A stretch of 64,000 nucleotides of DNA from Tubulanus polymorphus (GCF_964204645.1 NC_134032.1:13318275-13382274); one strand, 5' to 3'; shown: positions 1 to 14,298, numbered from the stretch's first letter. Notes: generated by a model from the sequence alone, not told the origin. Program-made: numbers and translations.

Positions 1-2
1 AG

Positions 3-113
3 GCGTCGAGACTAATACGAAAACGATTCGGCGTGCATGACATCACGTTACAGATCGAGGAATACTGCGAGACTATGGCGGATTGTACGGAGTGCAAGGA
101 CCCGAAAGACTAA
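3..113 (+). CDS. C-terminal end (partial, last exon) of a cation diffusion facilitator zinc transporter, SLC30A2/3/8 (ZnT2)-like
   Basis: Frame 3 reads ASRLIRKRFGVHDITLQIEEYCETMADCTECKDPKD-stop (TAA 111-113). This matches the ZnT2/3/8 C-terminal pattern HxxTxQxE...CxxC..P.D. The rest of the gene lies upstream of the window. Confidence 0.8.
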   Translation, partial: ASRLIRKRFGVHDITLQIEEYCETMADCTECKDPKD

Positions 114-3100
114 CTGATACGTATAAAAATTGACTGAATATTGTATCATCGTTGTTATTGCCCGAAGCAAGCAATGCGCAAGAGAAACGAAATTCATTCG
201 AAGTAGACATAAAAGATTTGTTGTTGAAGTTCAAGGTCGTACGATGATATGGTTAACCGTCGCGCGCCATCGATCGATGGCGTCACAACGAGCTGTGCCG
301 GATTTAGAAAATGTGTGAAACTTTTATCTATCGCTAGAAGGCAATGTCATAGGAGGGAGCCATCTTTCACGGAAGGAAACTTCACACAATGCCTGTAGAG
401 TCTTGAGTCGGGCCCGGTTCCACTGTTGTGTCTCAATAGTCAAATCATTCGAAAACGAACTGGGTCAGAGTTAACTCTAAATGACTCACACCTGTGGGAC
501 AGGTACTTGCTGGATATGTGGTTTAATCAATTGAAATAGGTAGACAGGTTAATAGATATTTCATATTCATTGGAATATTTGACTGAATATGTCGAATTTG
601 CAACATTAGTATGTTAATTAAACCACTTATAGAAATGTTGGCACTGGTGTCACATATTATTATTGATTATTATTAATGATGTACGATGTATTTTCTTCCA
701 TTCCACTCTTTTCATTCCATTTGTAAGAAAGGTGATTACCAAAAGTGCGTGTAAAAAATGTATATTCGTGGGGCATATATATCCTCGAAATGGGTTGAAA
801 ATCGTGTATTTCTTAAATTCTGGCGCCCAGTTAAGTCACTGTACTCATCACTTATGTATAAGTCTAAAAATGTCGTAAATCGTAAGGCCTGTCAAGATTA
901 GTCTATGACCGGTCTGGATGAAATCTGAGCCTTGACAGTGCAACTTGCAGGCTGTTGGTCCCGAAAGGCGCAAGCAAATGTTTCAGTTGGTTTTTTTAAA
1001 TGCCGGGTGCCCGTATCATTAGTACGTTGTACTTTTGATTCGTTTTTATTTACAGAGAGTATAAGGGTTTTCATTGGCAAATCGGACCAGAATCCACCGA
1101 CTTTATTTTAACGATTTTTCATAGATTTTTATGTTCATCATTTTACAACAAATGTAGTTTATCAAATTTCGTTTTTTAAGAATTTCGATCGAGTGTCAAA
1201 TTTGCCTTTTGTTTGTTTATATTTGCGACGGTGAAGTCACGCGAAGGTTATTTACATTCTTAATCGAAATAAAACACGAATTGGATCGAATAAAATGTTT
1301 CAGTTGAAATTTTAATCACGACGATAAGAATCCTAGTTTCTTTTTTTTTTTTATTTTCCAAATTATGAAATGCTGTTAGAGAGAACTAAGATTAGCATTT
1401 TTTTAAATGCCTATTTTTTTAGAAAGAAAAGTCCTGATTTCTTGTTAAAGATAATTTGCACGGCAATGGAGAATGTCTTTCTTTTAGTAAAACGTAGCCA
1501 TTTTGTACATGAATATTAAACATTACTTTTCATTTATCGTGGAGATGTTCTACGGAGCACTGCACCGCTACTGTGGCAAGTGAGGATCCGCCAAGTTGGC
1601 CAGTCGTTTACTCGGGCTTAATTTCGATTAACAAATATGAATGTGCTTTTGCCGAAAAGTAAATCGAGTTACGTATAAAGGAAGTACTATACCAAGCCCC
1701 TAATTGACAACCTGTTTGGATTCGGGAGCCTAAATGGGGTGAAAATGGCTACGTAAAAGAAAGATATTTATTTCACTCCAACCGTAGGAATAGTAATAAC
1801 TACGTGAATGTAAAATGACTGTAAAATCGCACCATCTGGTGTATGCGGGTATAAACCCTATTGAAAAAGTAGCCGTACCCGTGAAGCTTTGTAGGTAAAC
1901 TTGATTTCATCAGTGATTTCATCAAAAATACTTCGTTTTGCTTTAATCATTGCTTCAGTAGCTTCGTCAGTTCAATTTAATGCTTCGCACTACAATATGT
2001 ACTATCAAAAGCTGGTATTTCTAATGAAATCAAGTAGATCTATTAAGTGCAACCAGTCATCACGTTCATTGGTATGACGCTAGGGTTGCTGTTGGTTAGG
2101 ATTAACCAGTGGTAGACATAACGATGATTAGAATGTAATTTATCCGCTGTATGTTAATTTCGAACAACTGGCCCCAGGTCAATAAAGCTCCTCGACAAAT
2201 AAATGAGTGATTTTCTTCAGATATTTCTAATCCAACGCTAAACAATAAAATACCTCTCTCTATATATAATTATACATGTGATGTGCATATACTCTACGCC
2301 TATTTCGTATACGATGATGCTTTAAAACACTGAGAATTGTCGCGGATTCTTGTGATAATGTATAATAGTGTAATGTGAATCCCGATTTCATTCAATGTTA
2401 TTGAGTTATACGGAGTATCGTAGGGCCGTAGGTAGCAGGGGCGAACGTCGGTTTTCGTAGATGAGTTAGTCTCGAATGTAGTTCGGTCTTACGCATTTCA
2501 CGACGTCGACCATCTTTGAAATAGGTCCGAGCTACGGTGACTGTACTCAATCCCGTGGTAATTTCCGCGCTTGTTCCGACTAACTGACATTCGGTTTCAT
2601 TTCATTTCGTCCGCAAATATTCGACTAACTCCGATAACCGAAGTTCGCCAGGACTGCAAAAGACTGATAAGAAACCTAGGCACCGCAGCACCGATTAAGA
2701 GCCAGGAGAAGATACTTGGCTTAGTAGGGTAATCAGTGACGCACCCTGCTTCGCATGCACCTAGACTGCGAAATTGTATGCCAATCTATACGGTCAAATA
2801 CGGAGTCAAACTGAAATGAAATAAAAAAGTAGACTCCGTCTTTTACTTCGGTAAAGTACGGACTGGTAATTCTACCCGAGTTGGTGTCAGAATGGCACGA
2901 ACGGTTTACGACAGGTCGGGGGTGGGGAGGGGGGCTTTACGTGAAACCACTCATGGGGGCTTATTGAGGGAAATGCTCTATCGTTCCACGCATTGACGCG
3001 ATCAATGCAATCATTCTCAAATTCTACATCTGTAACAGAGAAGCAACAATAAGTTGGAGCGTTTAGCTAAGGAAGTGACCGGTGCACGCATGGATAATAA

Positions 3101-3736
3101 TTTTGCGTTTACTTTCTGTGATGAAATTCTATATCAGCGGAAAGATATCATAATGTATAAAAAAAAAAAGTCAAAACGAGTCGTTTATTTTTTCATAATA
3201 TAAAAAATATTACTATATAAATTGATATTTAAAATAAGAAGTGGATGTAAAAAGTTTATTCTATATGTAAAATATATCATTTCAACGTCATGTGTTTAAA
3301 AGCGTTAACCCGTGTATAGATATATCATAAATAAAACGAAACTATTTCATCAAAAAATAGCGGTTGTTTAGTTTTCAATCTTAAAACGTACATATTATAA
3401 GCAAGCGTGGATCCAGAGGGGGTCGGAGGTGAAAAGATTCTACCGGATATTGTATGTTAAAATTCCTGTGGCACAGACTGCTTTCAGGCTTAAGCAGTGC
3501 ACACTATTTTCAAAATTTCTGCATAAAGGGTATTAAGTGCCCTTCTCATTTGATTTGACCCCCTCCCCTTTTCTTCAAGTTTACATCCGCCCAAGATAAG
3601 GATTAAATGATGCCGGGATTGTGCAATCAATTTGAAATTTAATTGGCCCTTTAAATGAAAATAAATAAATGAATTTTCATTGAACAGAGATCCTGCCTCT
3701 GCCGTACGCGAACGAATACTAAAGCCCCTAATTTTT

Positions 3737-3780
3737 ACTTCCGGTTCGAAGATTGTTTACATTGGATTCAAGATGGCCGC
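3737..3780 (+). promoter_or_regulatory. Likely core promoter of the OFCC1-like gene (ETS-type ACTTCCGG and YY1-type CAAGATGGC motifs)
   Basis: acttccgg at ~3738 and caagatggccgc at ~3769, about 800 bp upstream of the ATG. Function is inferred from motif similarity only. Confidence 0.4.
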
Positions 3781-4573
3781 ACGTGTGTTGTTGACATAAG
3801 AGAAAGTAATTTGTGTGACGTAAAAAACCTTTGAATTACGCGTAACATAAAGGTGAATATATAGGTTTTTTTTGCTAAGTAACTTGGATCATAGGGGCTT
3901 GTAACAAACCTTTCTTTGTCTTTCTTTTCCAATTCTTTTTTTTGAAGAAGCTTCACAATTCCAAACTCAACTTGCAGCTGACACCCACCCAGCCTTGGCT
4001 TGCCCTTTGGCTTTGGCTTTGGCTAGGAGGTCTGCCCAGCCCTAGACCTTGTTGCATCAATTCGTTATTATATAGAACTAAAATTAGCTTTCAAATCTTG
4101 AAATTAGGTTAGGTACATAACCATTATAGGGACACCTAAACTGCAGTCGCTCCATTGTGTCAGTTTTTACTGTGAAGATGTAAGTAGTCTTTCACTAAAC
4201 AACTTTACCGTGTAATTGATATTTAATTAGGGCAAAAAAAGCATTTCAAGAATAGTTCAGTGAGTGAGAATAATGGAACCTCTTATGCAGGTCTATTTGC
4301 TCGAATAAAACCTTATAGTGAAAAAAATGAAATATCAATGAAAAGCTTTTAGGATTAAACTAATCCAGCGAGGACTGGTTTTGGCTTGTTTTCAGCGCTC
4401 CCTAAAAGACAGGCCTGGCTTACAGCGCAGATAGATGTAATTTTTGAATCAGTATTCCTAAAAGCAGACATAAGATAAAATGTTCAATTTTTCGTTTTTC
4501 AAATTTTTGTTGATTTTTTGCTCTAACTTTTTTTCTAGAGTAAATTTTGCGGTCAGAAAGTGGGACTGAAAAC

Positions 4574-7500
4574 ATGGCTGATCAGCCGATGGAAGAAGGG
4601 CGCTCCGTTAGTGGGAAACAGCGCCGCCGAAAATCAGGTCAGTGTCGGTATCGAAACTCATGATCAATTCACACGAACTATAGAATAGGAATCTAGGTAG
4701 ATAGTTAGATCAGATCAGATCTGAAAAGTCCATCAAGATAAGTCTAGATTTTAACAAATTTGCTGGAGGAGGCCCCCAGATGTCCTACAGCGCCAGCTTT
4801 GAAGTATTGTTAATGCTTTTTTCTGTCCCCCTTTGAAGAAATCCTCGATCCGCCCCCTGGCTATGGACTCAATTCTGTACCCCTTCCCTTATTCACGATT
4901 GAAGTGTGAAGTGTGGACGATCAGTTTTTAAAAGCCTACTGATAAAATGTCTAATGTCTGGTGTTTGGTCTGGTGTCTGGTGAAGCATTGAACATACATG
5001 TGAAGTTTGGATGCCCAGTGTTTGTAGTAGTTCATCGTCAATCCAATTCTAGACGATTGGTTTTTGAAAAAACATCGAAAACAGTTTTTCATCTGCCCGC
5101 TATTCTTTTTTAGATCAACCGAAGAAAAGTTTAAAAAGTTCAAAAAAATCATCGAACCAAAGCCTAGCCACACAAAATAGCACAACCGCGGTCGAGGAAG
5201 GGGTGGATGCTGGTGCGATGGAGATTTCCGAAACTCCGTCTGTTGTTACTAGCGAGGCCGTCATTCAAGTCGACTCACCTCCGATTGTTGTCCCCATACC
5301 TGAAGGAGAAGGAACAAAAGAACCTGCTAGAAAAGAACCTACGAAACGCCGCGCGTCGAGAAAGTCACTGATATCGAAAGAGAACCCGGTTTTTATCGAT
5401 ATCGATGATATTGAATATAACAGCGATGAGGAACCGAATTATGGTATGTATTCACTCCTGAATCACGGGGGACTGAGTAAGATTCTACATGAGTTAATGA
5501 CTGAGTTAGAGAGAGACAATGGACTCTGCCTCTTACTCAGTAGAATTGAGAAGTACTGGGAAAATTCTACCACAAAGTAACGTCGAAATTGGTAAAATTC
5601 TACCCCGAGTCGGTGTCTTATACTGAGTAAAAGTTTGTGAAATACAGTAGATTCTGTCTCTTAATGCAATCAAGTTGAGACTGGTAAAATTCTACCCCGA
5701 GTTGGGATCAAATACTGAGTCAGAGTTTGTGAAATACTGTAGACTCTGTGTCTTACTCGGGGTTTAAGTAAAGACCGCTAAATTCTATGCTGATTTAGCG
5801 TCGAATACTGAGCCGAAGTTTGATAATTACAGTAAACTTTGTTTCTTACTGTAAGAAAGTTAATGAGTCTGAATTCTACCCCAAGTTTGGGTGAAAAACT
5901 GAGTAAGAGTCTGAGAAATACAGGTATTTGAATGTTTTAATAAGATAAAAGTCTTTGAGCGTGTCCCCTACTAAATCCGTACGCCGATATCGATATTTTC
6001 AGAACCGCCGGAAAGCGACAGAAATTTACCCGACTTGAAATATATGATCGATACATTGAACGAGGACGTGGAAGATTTAGCGGCCACAACGGCGCCACCT
6101 TCGTTATTCACTCGCCCAGAGCACGTCGATTCGTATAAACAGATCGCCGATTTACGTTTGCAAATCGAAGAGGAGGAAATTCGTCGTTACGTCGAAGAAT
6201 TCGAACAGCGAATCAAAGATGACGTTTTAATGATCGGCAGTATTTCACTGGACGAAATACAGGTAGAATCACCCCTCCTGCACCGCAGGACAATCTGCAG
6301 CCTGGAATCATCCCTTCCCACGGGACAATCTGTAGCCTGGAATCACCCCTTCCCGTGGGACAATCTGTAGCCTGGAATCATCCCTTCCCGCGGGACAATC
6401 TGTAGCCTGGAATCACCCCTTTCCAGGACAATCTGCAGCCTGGAATCACCCCTTCCCCGGACAATCTGCAACTTGGAATCACTCCATCTGTTCCTCAGTC
6501 TACGGACTGATCACCCCCACATCCCCTTCAGACAGTCGGTAGCCTGAAATCCCCTGATATACTGGGTACCCAAGCCTAAAATCTACCTCTCCTTCAGACA
6601 ATCTGCAACCTGGAATCACTACCCCCTCAGACAATCTACAGCCTACAATCCAGAAACACCTCTTTAGACAACCCTACTTTCCTGAAACCGTCACTTTAGA
6701 AAATCTACTTTGCTAGGAACCACCCCTACTGACAATCTTCTGCTTAGAGTCATCACTTTAGACAGTGTTATCTACTGCCTGGTTGACGACTATGGAACTG
6801 GGTGTTGAACCTGCAGGATTTGATTGTTGTTTTAGGATGAAGAGAAAAGACTTCGCAATGAACACGTTCTCTACCAGTCGCAGGAGGCGGAACGGGCGCG
6901 AACGATCCAAGAGGAAATCGTCGTACGCGAAGAACTGGCGAAAAAACACATCGCTGAAATGTTGAAAGAGCATCGAAAACATTTACAAAACAGAGAGGTT
7001 TGTTAAAATCACGGACCGTTTACTACAGAAAGCAGGGTTCTACAGATCAGGGGAATCTGGGAATAGTTAGGGGATTTGAATTTTAGAATCTTGTTGTTTT
7101 TGCTGGTAATGGGCGGCGCAATGAACTGCTAGAAAACGAACAGCTCCTACTGAGGATATCTTATGTTTTAGTCAGGGAAATATCACAGGATTTTGGATTC
7201 CCTGAACTGTAAGAACCCCGGGAATGAATTCGTTCACAATGCTATGAAAAAGTTTTACTTGGTCTGCGAATGTTTGAGGTCGTAGTTATGTAAATCTGTG
7301 TTTTTTGTATTTCATTCAAAAGGTGTTGGCTCAGCAGAGAGAGAGAATTCTCAGAGATCGTTTGCACAAAGCCTTTCGACAATCCGAAAATCGTCTTGTG
7401 AACATTTTACAACGCAGAAAAGCTGAAATACAGGTATTTGTCGTACAGAATAGAAAACAAATTTTAATGGTCTTCGACTGATTTCATAGTTTGATATTTT

Positions 7501-10500
7501 GCGAAAAAGAGAAACGAATTATCAATTTTTTTCCATTTGTTGATTTGTGTCTCTGACGTGTAGGCGATGTATGGAGATTTACAAGTGGCTGATGGAGACT
7601 ATGGAGGGAGTAAGGGCAGACGTTGGAAAGTCGATTGGACAAAAACTCCGCAACCCGTTCAAGTAAAACTGAAATCTCTTCGCGGCGTCAAAGATAAACT
7701 TCCAGGTAACGTTGTGAAGCGGTTTATTTTGAAGTTTCAACATCTCTGCATTGAGACACTTCGAAAGATGCGTAGAAAATGATTGGGTTAAGCAATAGTT
7801 TGAAAAGCTAACTTACGAGCTAGGCAAGATTTTAAACTGAACTACATGTCCAGCCCTTGCAATTGGGTCCATAGTCATGGCTTAGACCACTTTCAGACTG
7901 CTTAAGACCATTTTAGCTCTATAGCCAACCTAACAAACTACTTTAGGCCGGACTTAAGATTTAAGACCACTTTTGGACTTGTAATGACTATAAGACCACC
8001 CACTGGGTTGAAACTGGTATATAAAACCGGCCCGAGTTAAGGTTGATTTTTTTGTGGTTTTAATTTTTCAGGTGGCCGCTACGTGATCGTAACATCTTTG
8101 TACGATCGTTTGGGCGGTCATGTGTTAAAATGGTCGAATTTAAAAGGACAAAAGTGGGGTGGCTCCACTTTACCGACGAATCATGACGGACATTTCTACA
8201 ATACAGAAATCCGGGTAAAATTCATCTCTAGTTTCCACAGGTGTCTGGCGCAAAAACCTTTTGCCTCAGTCCCTTATATGTTTATACAGACCTGGCTATA
8301 GCTACTATTTAAGATTTATTCATATTCTTTACATATATTTTACATTCATGTTCAAGAGCTCATACTCAAAAATATCTTAATAATCTAAAAATCAAAATGA
8401 TTTTTAGCTCATTTAAGTTTAATTATCGTTTTTGGAGTCAAATTACTCCCATTTTTGATGAAAACACTACAACCATAGATATCAGGTATTCTGGTCTTAT
8501 GTACCTGTAGATCAAATATTGAAAAACAAATAACAGTATCTTAGGTTCTAGATAATCAACTAATGATATTTTGTGTTTTTTTTAGATTGATCAGAGCACA
8601 TTCACTGTATTACCTTCCAAGCCTGCTATCCGCCCCAGTATGGTATTAATGTTTGAACTGTATCTATTGCGTGGAGCCGTCGTCCCAACTGACCACATCG
8701 TCGGCTGGGGCTGCTTCCCGATCTGTGACGCCAATTTCGAAGTCATTGAAGGAAAGTAAGTTAAAAACTTTGAAACCGACTCTGCTTTGATACAAACGGT
8801 AGCCCTAGTAGACCCATCATCCCGCGAAGGACTTTGAACCTGATGGTGTCATGAGATACTGCCACAGTACAAATCCCTACCCTAGTAGACACATGCTCCC
8901 TTAGCAGGAATTCTAAGCTGATGACATCATGAGACTCTGTCACAATACAAACCCTTACCCCAGTAGGCTCAACCTCCCTTAGCAGGGATTCTAACCTGAT
9001 GACATCATGAGACTCTGCCACATTTCAAACCCCTGTCCTAGTTGACACATCCTCCTGGGGTTTGAACCTGATGGCATCATGAGACTGCTGGAAAACATCA
9101 TGGGACTGCTATAGTACAAAACCCTGCCCTGGTGTAGATCCATTCTGTTTCAATGAGATTTCTACTTTCATTGATCAGGCAGTTTCTTTTCTTATTTCTT
9201 AATGATAACATCATACTCTGGGAAAATGCTTAGAATATTTCATGGATTTTGCTTTTCTTTCGAATTTTTTCGCAGATATAAAGTTCCGTTGCTGCGAGGT
9301 CCGATGGATTATAGAATCGACAAACATGAAATCGTCGAGCGACTGGTCTCTACGGATCTCGATCACTGGCTGTGTAACTTCTATTTCGAGATCGTTCGTT
9401 TACCCAGGTCAGTATCTCAAATATCTCGAAAAAAATATATCATCTCCTTATACAAATAACAAAAAGATATATTTTCGCGGGATTTTTTTTAGGTATCTCG
9501 GTGGACAGAAAGAGTTCGAGGTCGAGTTGCAGTTCAGTTCGGCCATGTTGAATTATCCCGATCGCGTGAAATATGCCGAGGATAACCGTGATGGGGAGGA
9601 TCCGGTCATCGGATCGGGACTGACAGCAATCATGGAGGACGATTCTCCGAGGTAGGTCTCGATACCGCTGATTAAGATTGAATTTTGAAATATCGTGTTT
9701 TTTAATTACGCGTAACATATTGTGAAAAAATAAAATCTAATTGATAGAGCCTAAATCAATGAATAGTGTGTAAACCCCTTTGTGCTTCTACACTGTAGTG
9801 CAGTGTATATAAATGGGTGATTGACTTTGCTAGTACACTGCATTGCGGTGTAGCAATTTAATGATTGTTTAGTTCTGTGAAAGATGGCAGCATTGTGTAA
9901 TAAGCTAATGATACACCGCACTGTGGTGTAGATGTACTTAAGCAGTTTGCCTTATATACAACGCACTGGGGTAGAATTTTCCAAAATTTTCAAATTACCC
10001 CCAGGGAGAAATTGTCCGCACTGAAAGGGTTTTAACGGATTTATTTTCTGCATTCAGGGAGAAATTGACGGCTGGTAGCAGCGGTGGTGGCTCGGAGAGC
10101 AGCCTGGACGAGCGACGCGCCCCGCCGCCGTACGACAGCCACGGAGAATTCGTCGATCGTAAACCGCCGATATCGAAGTCGACCGTCGCGGTTCACCGCG
10201 CCGCTGATAAAATCGACGCGCAGTCAATCAGCGACGAGAGCGTTGCGTGGGATCGACCGACCACCGGCGCAGTCACGACGATGTTCGGCTCGAGAGCGAT
10301 ACAAAAAAGAAAGATGGCCGATTCTGACTCGAGCGATAGCGAACAGGACGAGGAGATCTACGTGTTGGATAAGAATAAAGAAGAGTTCAAGTCAATTGCT
10401 GGGCATCCAGGACTGTTCTATAAGGTAAGAAAGTGAATATTTCATTGAACTTTCAATTTTGCTTGATTAGAGGAGTCATTGTTTTACCCATTGACTTCCA

Positions 10501-13500
10501 GTGTCAATTGCTTAACCACTGATGATAGGAGTCATTGTTAAACCCATTGACTACCAAAATCAATTGCTTAATCGACCAATCATAGGAGTAATAGTTCAAC
10601 CTATTGACTCGAGATTGAATTGTTATTGACTACTGGATTCAAATGTTTAATCTCTTAAAGACTGGTGTCGTTGTTCAGCCTCCCGTCTACAAGAGTACCG
10701 GTATTACTATAAGATTCATTTTGTTTTCATAGCGTCATTTGAATACGAACCCAGCCGACACGTACCACAAACAACTGTACTCTCTGTTACCGAAAACACC
10801 GCTGTTGACTAGAAAAAAACCTAAACGTCGATTGACGAGAATGGAGGAACTTGAACTGCATACATTCAGTGTTCAGTAAGCAAAAAAAAACAAAAGTTAC
10901 TTTTTTCTTTTCTTCTATACCTGGGGACACTGGTCCCACGGGGGCATGTCATGTTAGCTGGAGATTCAAAATCAAAGATAAAGGTATCGTACGTACCACC
11001 TTTCTTTTTCTTAAACGTGGTAAGCCTCTGTGACAGTTTTGGGCCAGGAAGTTGGACAAATTTGAAGCCCAATCTTCGTTTTAAAACCAAATGTACTCAG
11101 TAGTTTTATTCTTCTATTTGTTATCATTATTATTATTTCAGGCCACCGTTTTCCGACAAGGGCCATGTGAAATCCGCCGGTCGCGAGAAACTCGACTACG
11201 TCACGCGAATGTTTTTATCCGAACTCGGATTGTCGCAGTGGCGCAGCGCCGAATTCTGGACGATGATTTTCCTGTTTGTTTTCGTGTTTTTCTTGCGGAT
11301 TTTTGTACATTACATTCTTCAATGGGTTCTGCTGATGGCGATCGGTATTCCCGTCAACAAGTACGTTTCAATTTGACTCTACAGCCATAACGAGATCATC
11401 GATAATCTATTGAGCTTTCCAGTGCCAACCAATTTCTTACCCTAAAGTGCAGGAGAAGATTTGAAAATTCCACCCCAGTGTGTTGCATTCAATGTGCATA
11501 GTGCTAAAGTACATCTACACCCTGGTGCGGTGTATCTGTTATTTTACTGTATCTGTTACTGTTATTTCAAAATGTTTGAGAGGTTCTGGTATGGGAACCT
11601 CGCACTAATTTACAATACCGTAGGTAGAATGATGTTCAAGAGGGGAAAAGAAACCTTGAACTTGCTAAAAACGCCCTGAGTGGTGCTAAGTGGGTGGTTG
11701 AGGGGAACTAAAGTCTACTGTGCAACTGGATTTTGAGATATCAAATTTCTTTTTGATTTTCAGATTTGAATATGTCGGGTACACGGTCAACTTGAACTAT
11801 CAAAGCACATTGTTGAAAACAAAAGAAGAAATCGCCATCGTTATTCTTGGTTGCCTCGGCAACATCATCGTCTTCTGCTTGTTGATCTGCATCAGTTACG
11901 CGTGTCAGAAGATTTTGTCATCGTTTCCAGATCTCGGCTCGAAATTTATTCTCGTTTACGGAATTTCTACGTTCCTTGATGCTATACTGATTGCTGTTGT
12001 CGACTGCGCGCTTCTGGTAAGCACCTCGTACACATACAGAATCCAACTTTCCCCTCCTCTCCCAAAAATTCTCATCCTAAAAATGTTCTGCTATCCCTGA
12101 ACATGATCTACTATTCCTAATGATCTACTATCCCTAACATTACCTATTGTCCCAAAAAGGTCCTACTGTCCCTAATAATCACCTATTTTCCCAAGAAAGA
12201 CCCGCTGTCCCTAAAAATGACATACTGTTTTAAGTGCTCCGTTACCTTTACTGTTATTCTAACTTTGAATATTTATTTTTTCAGCGCTTTCAGAATCTCG
12301 GTGGCGATCAACCGATTGCTGATTGCGCGAAGTTATGGTGGCATTTCGTGCGTACTCAGGGTACAGGTCTCGGAGGTGTATTCATCACCGCGTTTCTGTA
12401 TCTGTTCTGCATGTTCTTCACCGCTTCCATCCTTTACATGTACTTCTTACGGTAAGCAAGACAGGGCGAGCGTGGAGTAGCGAGCTCATCTTCACAGGCT
12501 TACATTGTCTATCATAGAAACCTTTTTTCAAGTTTTCAATTCGAATATTTCATTGATTTTCCAGGCTGCACAATAACGGACGAATGCTCGATATTTTCTG
12601 GCGTCTCCATGGTGAGGAGTCGGCGTTCTTCTTGCCGTACGACCTTGAAATGTCGAACTACGAGTTGAGTTTCCTGTGTCGTAAAGCGGAACAATTCCGC
12701 GGTGAAGAGGGCGCCCGTCGTAAAGTGGCCATTTACGATTATATCTGGGAAGAAGATGAGGTAAGAGCATAACAATGTCTTGAAGCCTTGAACACATGTG
12801 AAGGGTGGATGATGAGTTTTTGAAAGTCCTCTACAAAATGTCCAATATCTGATATTTGTAGTTCACTTTCAATTATTATCTCAAGTAAAGCCCTGGTTCC
12901 AGTTGCACAGTCGTGACTTAAGTCAAAAAGTGGTCTTAAATCTTAAGACTGGTCTTAAGTTGTTAGATTGGCTATAGAACTGAGTTGGTCTTAAGTCTAA
13001 GCCATGACTATGCAACCGGCCCCTGAAGACAATGTGATGTGCGGATGGTCATTTTTCAAAAATGTGCTGATTAAATGTCTAAGTCTGGTGTTTGTAGTTC
13101 ATTTTCATTTATAAAATGCTCGAAAAAGTGAACTACTGAACACATGAACACATGTGAAATTGGAGTTTGCAAGATTGGCAATGATTTACCTGAAGCGGTG
13201 CAGGCTTCAGGCTGTAAATTGATACCTGGCTGCATGGGAAGGCCTATGTAAAATTCGATTTTTTTATTCATTGTTTACGAACAATTTTTTCAGATGATCG
13301 ATTCTGTTTGGGACAACGAAAGCGTGACGTCGTCTGAGCAACGCAACACGAAACAGGAAACAACAACTCACGTTTCAATTCACACGATTCACCTCGATGG
13401 CTTACGTGAACTGTATCGTCATTTCTTACGACTTCCAGATGGCGCCATTGTTGAGGTACAGTGAAAGGTTGATTTGATTGGAACACTAGAGGCACCTGGT

Positions 13501-14298
13501 GGATCCTCACTTACCACAGGTGGTATCCTCTTTAGCCACAGTAGTTGATGCCCTACTGTACGCTAGCAGCACCTGGTGGATCCTCACTTACCACAGGTGG
13601 AATTGTCTATTGCTGCAGTAATTGATGTCCCACTGCACACTAGCGCACCTAGCAGATCCTCACTTGCCACATGTGGAATCCTCTATTTGCACGCATGGTG
13701 AATCCTCACTTGCCACAGTAGTATTCTCATCTACAAAACAAAGCCTTTACTTTCCATGAACTTATTTTCTGTCATCAATTTCTATCGTCAAAATTGTCAC
13801 TTCTTTTCTCGTATTTCAGGTGTTCGGTGAAATGGCCATCCCCGGGTTGGGCAAAGACATCACTAGCGCTCTCACCGAAGGTGCTCAAATGATGGAGGAT
13901 TTGAAAAAAACGGAAATCAACACGAACAAGGTACGAATACTGAATATCTTGAATATATGATAGAATAAGCGAGAAATACAGTAAACTGTCTCTAATACTC
14001 GGGGTAAAGTTGAGAGGTTTCTACTGGTGTCTGGTCTAATACGGAGTGCCAAATACAGCAGTCCCTTATCCTGCCTCTTACTGAATTAATCAATTAACCA
14101 ATTGTAATCAGTCCTAATTAGCCCGAAAAACTGCTTTTCTAGGGTCGGCGTCCGATGACATCTTGGACGACGAGCGGACTTGAAGCGGATGGCACGTTCT
14201 TCATTTCGACAGGAGACATCATCGGCACTACGAAACCTCTCCCAACGACGACGACTAAATCTGACAACGACTCCGATTACAAGAAAAAAGAAAAATAA
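4574..14298 (+). CDS. OFCC1: OFCC1 / Ojoplano-like multi-pass membrane protein, 19 coding exons, ~1148 aa
   Basis: GT-AG exons with consistent phases: 4574-4637, 5114-5443, 6003-6262, 6836-6997, 7323-7433, 7564-7705, 8072-8214, 8586-8755, 9276-9407, 9493-9651, 10058-10424, 10733-10875, 11142-11360, 11764-12016, 12285-12451, 12565-12760, 13294-13455, 13820-13930, 14143-14298 (3447 nt). The product has an N-terminal NPVF motif, a coiled coil, a WKVDWTKTPQPVQVKLKSLRGVKDKLP block, several C-terminal hydrophobic segments and RELYRHFLRLPDGAIVE. Family assigned from recalled motifs, not from a search. Confidence 0.72.
5455..5925. repeat. Intronic degenerate tandem array of a dispersed repeat (tactgagt...aaattctacccc); related copies near 2795-2890 and 13970-14050
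   Basis: Recurring motifs gtaaaattctaccccgagt, tactgagt and gtagactctgtctctta at roughly 90-bp spacing. Confidence 0.6.
6263..6740. repeat. Intronic ~35-bp minisatellite (caatctgtagcctggaatcacccttccc...), decaying rightwards
   Basis: About six well-conserved units at 6290-6480, followed by degenerate units. Confidence 0.85.
7853..8015. mobile_element. Degenerate copy of the cttaagac-rich MITE family
   Basis: catagtcatggcttagac...ttaagatttaagaccacttttggactt matches the intact copies at 15568 and 34346 in reverse orientation. Confidence 0.55.
8800..9150. repeat. Intronic ~75-bp tandem repeat (aacctgatgacatcatgagactctgccaca...), 4-5 units
   Basis: Repeated ctgatgacatcatgagact and ccctagtagac motifs. 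This repeat explains the spurious ORF at 8761-9021. Confidence 0.8.
10468..10635. repeat. Intronic ~56-bp tandem repeat, 3 units
   Basis: aggagtcattgtt...cccattgact...caattgcttaa is repeated. Confidence 0.7.
12893..13025. mobile_element. MITE, cttaagac-rich family (Harbinger-like ends)
   Basis: Inverted ends ccagttgcacagtcgtgactta...taagccatgactatgcaaccgg, flanked by ctg. Confidence 0.75.
13483..13725. repeat. ~75-bp tandem array of one arm of a fold-back element (cactagcgcacctggtggatcctcacttgccac)
   Basis: About 4 units. The same motif occurs at 27690-27970, 32378, 36048, 37661 and 40035. Confidence 0.75.
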
